Source of the DNA: Octopus sinensis
Lineage: Eukaryota
Direction of reading: 5' to 3'
Length of the DNA: 64,000 nucleotides
Assembly (NCBI RefSeq): GCF_006345805.1
Contig: NC_043009.1
Coordinates: forward strand, 30,938,001 to 31,002,000
In this document: one piece after another, positions 1 to 10,835 of the stretch
Layout: each line of letters starts with the position of its first letter
Position numbering within the stretch: position 1 is the first letter of the stretch
Made by a program: the position numbers and the translations under genes
Notes under the pieces: generated by a model
Told to the model about the DNA's origin: nothing
Databases searched by the model: none
The model's input: the letters and a program-made list of their open reading frames with translations, nothing else

Positions 1-479
1 TTATCACATGTGATGGAGACCTTATTTCATGAAAGCACAAAGTATTAAAAGGATAATTGATATGGCATTCTCATTATAGAATATCATAAATAAGAGAAAC
101 ATGATCTTTGACTTGGAATAGAGATAATAATAAATCAGATGGCATGGGTACACAACATATGTATATTTTCAAAATGTGTCTGGATATAGCAGAGTGCTAG
201 GAAGTTAGTGTGTATTAAATATGTTTGAGTGTGTGTGTGTATGTATACTTGCATATTTCATATATATATAATATAATATAAATTGATGTGCTTGATTCTT
301 ATGAATCCATATGATAAAATCATATTGCTATGTGTGTATGAATATATACATATATACATAATATGTACATATATATGTATATAAATGTGTGTGTATATAT
401 ATATATATGGCGGTGCCCCAGCATGGCCACAGCTCATAAGCTGAAACTGGAAAAATCAAAATCAAAATCATATGGCTGC

Positions 480-800
480 CGTGCCAGTAGCATGTAAAAA
501 GTACAATTCGAGTATGGTCTTTGCCAGTGCCACTTGACTGGCTCACATGGTGTCAGCATGTAAAAAGCACCATTCAATTGTGGTTGATGCCAATACCACC
601 TGACTGGCCCTCATGTTGGTGGCATGTACAAAGCACCCACTGCACTCTCAGAGTGGTTGGCATTAGAAAGGGCATCCAGCTGTAGAAACCTTGCCAGATC
701 AGATTGGAACCCGGTACAGCTTTCTGGCTTGCAAGTCCTCAGTCAAATCGTCCAACCCATGCCAGCATAGAAAGCGGATGTTAAACAACAACAATGATGA
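480..800 (+). mobile_element. RTE-3'-tail-like short retroelement (family C) with GCATGTAAAAAGCACC sub-repeats and (GAT)n tail
   Basis: Shares the block AAGGGCATCCAGCTGTAGAAAC...TCCAACCCATGCCAGCAT..AAAGCGGA.GTTAAA followed by (GAT)n with copies at 3.6, 6.7, 34.7, 36.3 and 57.1 kb. Confidence 0.7.
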
Positions 801-802
801 TG

Positions 803-833
<31 letters not shown>

Positions 834-876
834 TATATATATATATATATATACACACACATACATATATATATAT

Positions 877-950
<74 letters not shown>

Positions 951-1199
951 ATATAAACACCATGTTCACAAAGGAAAAAAGAACTACATGCACCTTGACA
1001 GAAATTGTAGAAAAACCATTTTTCTTACTTTCTTCCCTTTTGTTTTTTGTTTTTTCACTTTCTTGTCCAGTATGACCAAACTTTCAATAAATGTAGATTT
1101 GTTATAATCTTTGCTGAATATTATTTATCTCTGTGAAACTCATTGAAATTTAAGTGAACATTTGAATATTTGATTGTTTAAACATGTCTATAATTTTAA

Positions 1200-1740
1200 A
1201 CTCTGTTAAAACCTCTTGTCTTATATATATTTGTACCATTGATAAACAAAAAATTGTTGAAACTAGCTTGGTATGTATATAAATTAATAAATCTATTAAA
1301 AACAACTACATGTTTTTCAAATGCAGGTGCAATTTCAAACTCTAAAACAAATTCTCCTATAGCTTTTCTCTGAGTTTCATGCAACAGCAATCTTCAGGCA
1401 ACCCCCTTCAGACTTGATATTTGTAGTGTGAACATATCTGTGTAGGTGTGTATTTCTAGTCCTTGAGATTGTTCATAGTTTATCTTTCTTATGTTTTTCA
1501 CTGATTGTATCTGTTATTTCTGAGATGAAGTGTTTTAGTAGTTCTTGCAACTGTAAGTCTGGCAGTGTTATTAAGTTGTTGCTTGTGTGATGGGGAGTTG
1601 TTGTAGAGGTTGTTGTTGTTAGTGGTGGGTGTTTACTTATTTACTTGTTCATTAAGTTTCTATTGTGTGTGTGTAAGGTTTTTTTAACTAGATTTTTTTA
1701 ATGGGCTTATTTGATAAAATAATTTAGGGTGAATTATATT
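1200..1740 (-). mobile_element. Possible relic of a LINE ORF1 (gag-like), highly degraded
   Basis: Minus-strand fragments HTYTDMFTLQ / GLPEDCCCMKLREKL resemble the YTY...RGLPxD...ixeeL pattern of Jockey/I-type ORF1. Many stops and frameshifts; weak. Confidence 0.25.
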
Positions 1741-1839
1741 AGCTATATTTCTAATGGATGGTCCTCTTCATGACTGAATGGCTTTTGGAGATGTTTTGAG
1801 AAAACATCTGTCGTTTTAGAGGAAAAAAAGTACGTAAAT

Positions 1840-2050
1840 ATAGATCTAAATAACAAAAGTGCCTCATGACAGTTAAAATAGCTTTATGCTTAACTCTGCT
1901 GACAGGTCCAGCATTTGGCAAAAGAACAAGAGGAAAACTGAAAACCAGATTCAGCGAAAATATCAAAGAAGTTAGTGCTCAAGGTTTTCTGCAACTGTGC
2001 AGACTGACACAAGATAGACATGAGTAGAAGGCTGAGGCAGCTCAATTATT
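1840..2050 (+). mobile_element. RTE-clade LINE ORF C-terminal fragment
   Basis: Frame from about 1879 reads LCLTLLTGPAFGKRTRGKLKTRFSENIKEVSAQGFLQLCRLTQDRHE*, matching the RTE C-terminal pattern GKRxRGRPxxRWxDNI...QDRxxW. Confidence 0.6.
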
Positions 2051-2350
2051 TGCACCTTCTGTCAAGATAAGGTTTATTAATAAAAATCAGTTTATTAATA
2101 AAAATATTTGATCAAGCATAATGAAAAACTGTAAATGATATAAAGGTTCATAAAATAATGCAACCACTGAAATGATCCCTCTGATGAGCATCTGCATAGT
2201 TTCCATTGGTCAAATTTCTCTTTCAAGGTAATTGCTGAACCAAAGGCTATGACAGGAATATCTATGTGTCATAGGAATAAGATTCAAACAAAATGCATGC
2301 ATTTTGTAGTTGCTGAGTGGACTTTTTAACAACACAGCCAAAAGGTTTGA

Positions 2351-2605
2351 AAATTACTAATTGTAAATCTCACAATGAGAGATATACAGCAAAAGTACTT
2401 TGGAGTAAAGATTATTTACCAACATAACATGGCAGTTTAGGACAAATAATTATTCTGTGCTGATGAAGAGAAATAACCCAGAAATCGCGATACACAGATT
2501 GTGTCATATAGCCAGCTGGAGACGATGTCTCCTGGAGCTAAATTACAGCAACATTAGTCCTAAGCCAGGACTTCCATGTTATGTTGGCATATAATCTTTA
2601 CTCCA
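2351..2605. mobile_element. Hairpin (inverted-repeat) element with an internal hammerhead-like motif
   Basis: Arm TGGAGTAAAGATTATTTACCAACATAACATGG (2401-2432) is the near reverse complement of 2574-2605. A sibling at 19045-19228 shares the arms and a 5' extension. Confidence 0.75.
2454..2498 (+). ncRNA. Minimal type I hammerhead ribozyme-like motif (degenerate stem II)
   Basis: TCTGTG-CTGATGA-AGAGAAATAACCCA-GAAA-TCGCGA-TA-CACAGA: 6-bp stem I, intact CUGAUGA and GAAA cores, palindromic ATCGCGAT stem III, AUA cleavage triplet. Stem II has mismatches. Confidence 0.6.
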
Positions 2606-3611
2606 CAGCCAAAATGGTCCTTCACAAAGAACTGAGCTGTTTGCTGAAACAGCATCTAAAGATTTAGGAGAATTCACAATAACATAGATTAAGAAGGGAA
2701 GGAAATGTTTCATTCTGTAGCAGATTGCATTCCTTGAATTCTAACTTGGAATGGTTAAGTTTAAAATGCAAAACTGTTAATGAAAAATATTACTATATTT
2801 AGCAATATTGACTTAATTGCAATTACTTATGATTAAGGCCCTGGACTTTATTATAGTGGCTACTAACATTTTTCCAGCCAATCATATTTGATGTTAGTCT
2901 TTGATAGACATTGCAAGACTAAAAGACAATTAATTTTCATGTGTAAAGCTCTTATGAAATATTCTAGAACTGTTTACTGAGCTTATGGAAATCTTAGAGC
3001 TCATCACTGTTAGGATATTTATAGTTGTGACCAAATATCTTATCAAAACTGTATTTATTAACCTACTTCTTATCCCACAATTTCTTTTTCTCTAAGAGAT
3101 TACTCTTGTTATAATCAATTGTTATGTCCTACATTTATATGAACTCTCTCAGCTCATCCGTAATTTCTTAATCCACACACACTTAATACATATACAGACT
3201 ATAAATTGTACATTGTGTGTATAAAAATGTTCAGCATTATTCATAATCATTGTTGAAGATAAATGTTTCCTTTTTGATGAGAAGGAATTATCTTCTATAA
3301 TGTTCTTATTGCTATCATTTATCCACCATGTTAATCAAAACACAATGTTTATGTAATATTCTTTTATTCTTTCATTCTTTTAATAGTTGCAGTCATTGAG
3401 CTCAAGTTATATACAAATTTGTAGTGTAACATATAGATTCACAGAATTATGTAGCTACCACAGAAAGCTCCTCTAGCAGACCAGGATAGCAGACCACATA
3501 GTAATCTGATAGAGAACAGTATAGTTCTTTTATTCTTTTACTTGTTTCAGTCATTTGACTGCAGCCAAGCTGGAGCACTGTCACGCATATAGTTGCATAT
3601 CTAGACATGCT

Positions 3612-3712
3612 CATCATCATCATCATCATCATTTAACATCCGCTTTCCATGCTAGCATGGGTTCGACGGTTCAACTGGGGTCTGGGGAGCCCGAAGGCTG
3701 CACCAGGCCAGT
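3612..3712 (-). mobile_element. Family C short retroelement, 5'-truncated
   Basis: (CAT)n followed by TTTAACATCCGCTTTCCATGCTAGCATGGGTT, the reverse complement of the family C 3' end. Confidence 0.7.
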
Positions 3713-3719
3713 CATATAT

Positions 3720-4110
3720 ATTTAAATGATAATCTTCTGGAAAGTTTTACAGTTTTTTACAGTTCCAGTGATGGATTGCATCTGTAGTCTTCAAATTAGC
3801 TTTCTTCTTTCTGGTTTTGAGAAACCTAATTTTTCAAGATTGATACTTAGGCAGTGTGTGACATATCTCACGGAGCCACTAAAACTACAAGTATAAACCT
3901 GAACTTGTAATCTGGACAGACTAACTGCAAATTTTTCAATAGTCCGGCATAGGTGTTCTCATTTTCACTGATCTTCAGCTTTATGTTAACATCCACTGGG
4001 TAGCTACTTTCCACAACTGTACACAGTTTCTCCTCTCTATCCCAAATCATTATGTCAGGTCTCTTGTGCTTACACTTTGAGGTCTTCACTGGGACATTCC
4101 ACCAGCATTC
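3720..4110 (-). mobile_element. RLE-type non-LTR retrotransposon 3' fragment (restriction-like endonuclease domain)
   Basis: WWNVPVKT..KHKRPDIMIWDREEKLCTVVE..PVDVNIKLKISENENTYAGLL..YKFRFI: RPD plus E plus K/Y..L layout of PD-(D/E)xK RLE domains in R4/CRE-like elements. Confidence 0.8.
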
Positions 4111-4222
4111 CTTTTTGTTGTTTGTTTGTTTGTATGTATGTATGCATGTATGTATGTATGTGTGTATGCATGCATGCATGTGTGCATGCACTCTTTCTCT
4201 TTTTATTTAGAATAAACTGCGT

Positions 4223-4622
4223 AGGCGCAGGAGTGGCTGTGTGGTAAGTAGCTTGTTTACCAACCACATTGTTCCGGGTCCAGTCCCACTGCATGGCACC
4301 TTGGGCAAGTGTCTTCTACTATAGCCTCGGGCCGACCAAAGTCTTGAGAGTGGATTTGGTAGACGGAAACTGAAAGAAGCCCGTCGTATATATGTATATA
4401 TATGTATGTGCATGTATGTTTGTCCCCCTAGCATTGCTTGACAACTGATGCTGGTGTGTTTATGTCCCTGTTACTTAGCTGTTTGGCAAAGGAGACCAAT
4501 AGAATAAGTACTGGGCTTACAAAAGAATAAGTCCCAGGGTTGAGTTGCTCGATTAAAGGCGGTGCTCCAGCATGGCTGCAGTCAAATGACTGAAACAAGT
4601 AAAAGAGTAAAAGAGTAAAGAG
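4223..4622 (+). mobile_element. tRNA-derived SINE (family B), full length
   Basis: A-box-like GGCTGTGTGGTAAG, B-box-like GGGT(T)CAGTCCC, internal TA/TG microsatellite, GAGTAAAA tail. Near-identical copies at 45.7, 52.0 and 61.1 kb. Confidence 0.85.
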
Positions 4623-4649
4623 AGAGTCTTCTGGCTTGATAGCGAGGTT

Positions 4650-4910
4650 GTGAAAGAAAGCATCCTCTGTTGTTCATCATCCTTTAATGCTTAAGAAGGT
4701 CTCGCAGATTTTTATAGTCCCAGATATTGTGATCATTTGTAATGTATGAATTAAGGATCTGCATTCTCTCGTCAAGAACCCAACGTCAGCCATTCTTTCC
4801 TCCAGATAATTTGGTAAGCATCCTGTTGCTTCGATAATAATAGGTATGAATCTAAAAGTGTATCTTGGGTACTGGTTTTGGAAACTGCTTATCAATGGTC
4901 CATAGCAGTC
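4650..4910 (-). mobile_element. Second RLE-LINE 3' fragment (related to 3720-4110)
   Basis: YTFRFIPIIIEATGCLP...LQMITISGTIKICETFL parallels YKFRFI...LQMQSITGTVKNCKTF in the 3720-4110 fragment. Confidence 0.7.
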
Positions 4911-4964
4911 CTATTTCTTCTGTATTTTACTGTCTGTATGTAAGTATATATCAATAAAATACAC

Positions 4965-5023
4965 ACTCGTATATATATATATATACATGTATATGTGTGT
5001 GTATATATATATATATATGTGCG

Positions 5024-5100
<77 letters not shown>
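4965..5100. repeat. (TA)n/(TG)n compound microsatellite
   Basis: Visible dinucleotide tract. Confidence 0.95.
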
Positions 5101-5514
5101 TATAAGGTACTGTATAGCATCAACTATTATTATTGCTATCATTGTTATTATTGACTAAGACGTTATAGCTGTTTGTCAATGCAGGATATTCACAAAGAAT
5201 GCATTTTTATCGATGTGTTTAATATTCACACCCTCGGTAGGCTTAGATTTATTTTTTTAATCATATTCCGGAATTTTCTATAGACATCTTGTAGAATGTG
5301 TGTTATTTTCTTCTCCAGGAAAAAACGGTAAAATAACAATAAAAACGTTGATGCCTCTTGGTTAATATTGGGATTGGAATATCTCCACCTCGTTGAGCTG
5401 CGATTCTGTTTGGATGTGATTAGATGTTCTTGCATAATTTTGCTAGTTTGCGTGTGAGTGCCTACCTTTGAATGCATCTGTGTACACAGGTTTGTATATA
5501 CCTTCATACACACA

Positions 5515-5657
5515 TGCATATACATATATATATATATATGTGTGTGTGTATATATCTCTATATATATATCTATCTATATATATATATGTACATATACATG
5601 TATATATATATATATATACATATATACATATACACACATATACATATATATACATAT

Positions 5658-5716
<59 letters not shown>

Positions 5717-5935
5717 CATAGTGTATATATATATATTTATATAATATATAGTGTATATATATATATGTATATATACACACACACATATATAAACATGTTT
5801 GTTCATGTAACCATAAGTATAAATGTATGAATGTTTGCATATATATATATATACATAAATATATATATACATAGATATATATACATATATATATAAAGAG
5901 ATATATATACATACATATATATATATATATATGAT
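5515..5935. repeat. Long degenerate (TA)n/(TACA)n microsatellite
   Basis: About 420 bp dinucleotide tract; source of six artefactual YI-rich ORFs. Confidence 0.95.
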
Positions 5936-6164
5936 ATTGAAATGCATATATATTCATCATCATCATCATCATCATCGTTTAGCGTCCACTTTCCATGCTA
6001 GCATATGATATATATGACTCCACATGCATAATATATATCTGCTCATGTGTATATACATATATATCTGGAGTCTAATATGCATAAATATATTCAACATTAG
6101 AAATGTATTTATTTTTTCATATTCATTTTTATCAATTTACTTTTACTCTGTAATATCGTAAGTT

Positions 6165-6415
6165 TGCGCGGTTATAAAGTTTGCTTCACAACCGCAATTT
6201 TCATGTTCAGTTTTTCCAGCGTTACCCATTGAGTAAACATCTCCTGCTATAGCCTTGGATCAACCAATACCTTCTGTGAAGATTTGATCGGCATGGGTTC
6301 AGTCCTACTGCATGGCACCTTAGGCAAGTGTCTTCTAATATAGCTCCAGGCCACCAGAGACTTGTGAGTGGATTTGGTAGATGGAAACTCAAAGAAGCCT
6401 GTTGTATATATGTGT
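6165..6415 (+). mobile_element. Two partial family B SINE heads in tandem
   Basis: A degenerate head at 6165-6290 is followed by GGGTTCAGTCCTACTGCATGGCACCTTAGGCAAG...GAAACTCAAAGAAGCC. Confidence 0.65.
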
Positions 6416-6687
6416 GTGTATATATATATAGTACAAAGTAAGATAAGGGTTATGATGGTAACCCACTATGGGATATCAGTTCAGAAAAATAAGAAAATAG
6501 AAATAATTATTTACTAATTATATAATTGGACATCATCTCTGAAAACTGTTTCGATTCTAGACTTTAGAAATTATATAATATAATTAAGAACATTTTAAAG
6601 TTGAATCTCATCAGGGATAGGAAAAGATAACCCATTATATTTTCATATTATTGCATGTTGAGTGTACGGAACAAATCTGCTGACTAA

Positions 6688-7307
6688 TCATCATCATCAT
6701 CATCATCGTTTAACGTCCGTTCTCCATGCTAGCATGGGTTGGACGATTCGACCGGGGATCTGGGAAGCCAGAAGGCTGCACCAGGCTCCAGTCTTATCTG
6801 GCAATGTTTCTACAGCTGGATGCCCTTCCTAACGCCAACCACTCCGTGAGTGTAGTGGGTGCTTTTTACGTGCCACCTGCACAGGTGTCAGGCGAGGCTG
6901 GCAATGGCCACGGTCAGATTGGTGTATTTTATGTGCCACCGGCACGGAAGCCAGTCGAGGCGGTGCTGGCATCAGCCACGAGTCGGATAGTGCTTTTTAT
7001 GTACCACCAGACCAGGGATCCTGGCTGGTTCAATTCGATTTTGATTTCGCTTGCCCCAACATGTCTTCACAAGCAAAGGGGATTGGCATGGGTGCCTGTC
7101 GTACGGTCGGATTGGTGTATTTTACGTGCTGCCGGCACGGAAGCCAGTGGAGGCGGCGCTGGCATCGGCCACGAGTCGGATAGTGCTTTTTACGTACCAC
7201 CAGACCAGGGATCCTGGCTGGTTCAATTCGATTTCGCTTTCGCTTGCCCCAACATGTCTTCGCAGGCAAAGGGGGTTGGCATGGGTGCCTGTCGTCGGAT
7301 GAGGTTC

Positions 7308-7310
<3 letters not shown>
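6688..7310 (-). mobile_element. Family C retroelement with an internal ~193-bp tandem duplication
   Basis: (CAT)n tail at 6688-6708. Units start at 6912 (GGTCAGATTGGTG) and 7105 (GGTCGGATTGGTG). CpG-rich relative to the flanks. Confidence 0.8.
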
Positions 7311-7378
<68 letters not shown>

Positions 7379-7735
7379 GTGTGTATATATATGTATATAT
7401 ATAATCAGAAAACGAAGAAAACTTTAGATCAACAGCCAAATCAATTGCATCACATCTGTAGATTACTTTTTGATACAACACATGACATAACATTTATGTG
7501 ACTTAACAATTCTCAAGGCCTTTTCTGCTTCCAATGTCAGTCAGTGCCTACGAAAGAATTGAGAAAATAACATTCTTCATATTCATAGGATATTTGAACT
7601 AGTACATGGAGCTTCATCAGAGTGTATACAAAAGTGTCCCAAAACTAAACAAAAGGAAGAGGGAATAGGAGAGACGATATGGCCTAGAGAAGAAGCCAGG
7701 AGGCCTAATATATATATATATATATACATATATAC

Positions 7736-7791
<56 letters not shown>

Positions 7792-7918
7792 ACTTTTATA
7801 AATACATGTTTGTATTTGTTCCCCACCAATGTTTGAGAACTGGTGTTGGTATTTCTATCCCTGTAACTTAGTGGTTCAGTAAAAGACTGATTCAATCAAT
7901 ACTAGGGTTATACATACA

Positions 7919-7980
<62 letters not shown>

Positions 7981-8100
7981 CATGTGTATATGTATATATA
8001 CATGTATATATTGATGTCTTGCAAACAATAAGACATCTATATATAACTATATATATACATATATATGAATATATATATATATATATTATTGTATTTTTGC
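7310..8100. repeat. TA/TG/TACA microsatellite cluster with a partial family B SINE 3' part (about 7800-7900)
   Basis: Visible tracts. GTTTGTCCCC...CTGGTGTT...CTTAGTGGTTCAG motif of family B. Confidence 0.8.
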
Positions 8101-8762
8101 ATTTATATTCGTATTATTTTTCGTTTTTTTTGTATTTATATTCATGTAATATCGTCCGTTTTTCTGTCCTTGTTTCGTATACATTCGATCCTTTTTTCAA
8201 GGAATCTAATGCTCATAGCTTAGTTTTTCCTTTAGGCTGGCCAGATTGGAGCAATCTCAAGATTAATCAGTCAAAATTGCGAGGATGATCCGGTTCTTGA
8301 CTGAAGATTAGAGGCTTCGAATGACCCATCCATGTTTCTTGTATCGACTATTTGAATGTTTTGCGTTCTTGTCCCATTTTGTATTTTTTATATATATATA
8401 TATAGTTGCGTACGTACACTTTGTTGCCTTATATATATATATATATATATATTTATGTATGTATATGTACAGAGTGATTGGGAAGAGAGACAGTGAACAA
8501 GAACAAGAGAGAGAGAAAAAGGGTGATATGTAAATATTTATGTATTTTGTGTTCAACTCACATTGGTGTTGTTGTTAGTTTGTTTGTTTTTTTTTGTGGC
8601 CTACATAACTTAGAGGCTCGATAAAATGACACTGATACAAGTGACGGACTGAAAATACTGGGCTGATTTTCTCTACTAAATGCTTCAGGTCAGTGACCCA
8701 GCATGGTCGTGGACCAATTTCTGAAATAACTGAAAAGTATAAGAATGAATGAAATATGTGGA

Positions 8763-8805
<43 letters not shown>

Positions 8806-8959
8806 AGTTGTATGTTTGTGTCTGTTAGCATTTTATAAGGGTGACAGGTGCGTCAGTTGCTCACTACAGAAAACCACATAATATACTAAATTACAATACA
8901 ACATGGCTCACCTACTTCGAATAGACACACAAAAATATAAAGGCATCTGCACACAGAGA

Positions 8960-9140
8960 ATCATATATATATATGTATGTATGTATGAATATATATTTGT
9001 GTGTGTGTACATATATATGTATGTATATACATACACACACATGTACATATATATGTATATACATATGGATATATATGCATATATATATACACATATAGAC
9101 ATGCATTTATACACGTTACATATATATAGATATATGTATG

Positions 9141-9178
<38 letters not shown>

Positions 9179-9280
9179 AACATTTGTGTGTGTGTGTATA
9201 TATATATACACACATACATACACTCACTTATATATATACATATATATAAATATACGTGCACACATAGATATACGCACTCA
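8960..9280. repeat. Degenerate (TA)n/(CA)n microsatellite
   Basis: Visible tract. Confidence 0.9.
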
Positions 9281-9326
9281 TAGACATGTATTCCTTTCTT
9301 TCTCACTATCCACTCTATAACTGCAG

Positions 9327-9495
9327 AAATACATTAGGTGTGATAGAATGCATAAAAGAAATCTTGGAGTGACACTGTTCCAAATGGGAGTCTCAGAGAA
9401 TATGAATAGCAAACCAATAGAAAAGAAGGAATCCAATTCTCGCCTGCAAATTCTATACAGCTTAGAATTTACAATCCCATGCCTAACAGTCATTG
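9327..9495 (+). other. Candidate coding exon of an unidentified host gene
   Basis: ctataactgcag|AAA...ATT G|gtaaac; 56 codons with no stop: KYIRCDRMHKRNLGVTLFQMGVSENMNSKPIEKKESNSRLQILYSLEFTIPCLTVI. No homology recognised. Confidence 0.3.
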
Positions 9496-9603
9496 GTAAA
9501 CCTTCAATGCCACGAGAGTTTGGCTAATACATAATCATAAATGCTTACACACACACAGACAAATATACCAATATTTATGTATCTTATATATATATATATA
9601 TAT

Positions 9604-9635
<32 letters not shown>

Positions 9636-10155
9636 TGAATGTACACATATGTACATACTTATATTTATTTATGCATATATACATATATACATACACAAAT
9701 ATATATGTATATATATATGTAAATGCATATACATATATATAGATATATACACATATATGCATATATATTACAGATGTATATGCATATGTGTGTGTTTATA
9801 TATATATATATATATATATGCACATTCACACAGACACACATGCATATGCACACAGACACATATATACACCATTTTGTTTGCTGGTACAACACTGGGGTTG
9901 ATTCGATTATCTTTTTCCCCTTCTTCCGTCGTAACTTCTACGCATGAAGTTTCAGCTTGTGCTTGGTGATAGCATTGTAACATACATATCCAGTATACAC
10001 CTGTCTGAATGCTCTGTATCCAACATAGTGGGGTGCAGTGCATATGAGTGGCTATGCATGGCTCTTTATCTGGTATAAAAAATGCAGTTGATTAATAACT
10101 GATGGTACTGTCAATGAATTAGTCTCTCCTCACCATTGCCTTTTTTTATTATCAA

Positions 10156-10198
<43 letters not shown>

Positions 10199-10201
<3 letters not shown>

Positions 10202-10813
10202 TAGTATATTTTTTATAGTGTGCTTTCACTTCACTACTGAGCACAGCTCTCTGTGCCTTGGGTATGTGCTGTGATTTGTTGTGATGCTCTGATGGTTATT
10301 GTATGGAGAGTGTTCTACGTAGGATGTGTGCAGTGCCTAGTAGAGTAATTTTCTGTATGTTATATGTGTTTGTAAGTCCTGGTGTTTTTGTTATGTATTT
10401 GTCTGAATATTTTTTTATCATGCCTAATGCACCTACTATGATAGGAATTGTTTCTGTTTTTAGATTCCACATTCTAGTTACCTCTATTTCCAGGTCTTTG
10501 TATTTTGAAAGTTTCTCCATTTCTTTTAGAGACACGTTGCCATCCAGTGGTATTGATACATCAATTAGAAAACATTTTTTTTTCTTCATGATCTCTGACA
10601 ACTATATCTGGTCTGTTGGCCTTAATTTCTCTATCTGTGTGTATCGGCATATCCCAGAGTATGGTTGCTTTCTCGTTTTCTGTGACCTTTTCTGGTGTGT
10701 GCCTATACCATCTTTTTTCTGTTGTTATTCCATAATGTTGGCATAGTTTCCAGTGTGTATAGGTCCCAACTCTGTTGTGTCTGTGAATATATTCCTTCTT
10801 AGCCAGGATTGGC
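10199..10813 (-). mobile_element. 5'-truncated R4/Dong-type LINE copy (RLE domain plus 3' UTR)
   Basis: Highly similar to 10836-11450. Encodes PILAKKEYIHRHNRVG..RPDIVV..IDVSIP..KYKDL..GTAHILRRTL. Bounded by (TAA)n at 10156-10198 and 10814-10835. Confidence 0.92.
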
Positions 10814-10835
10814 TATTATTATTATTATTATTATT

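Noticed and set aside
5226-5450. Minus-strand 99-aa ORF with a unique-looking C-terminal half
   Set aside because: Starts inside a microsatellite, with no recognisable motif or splice support. Possibly a degraded LINE piece, but not assignable.
8290-8335. CTGAAGA...GAATGAC hammerhead-like string
   Set aside because: No pairable stem II or adjacent stem I, and GAAA is incomplete.
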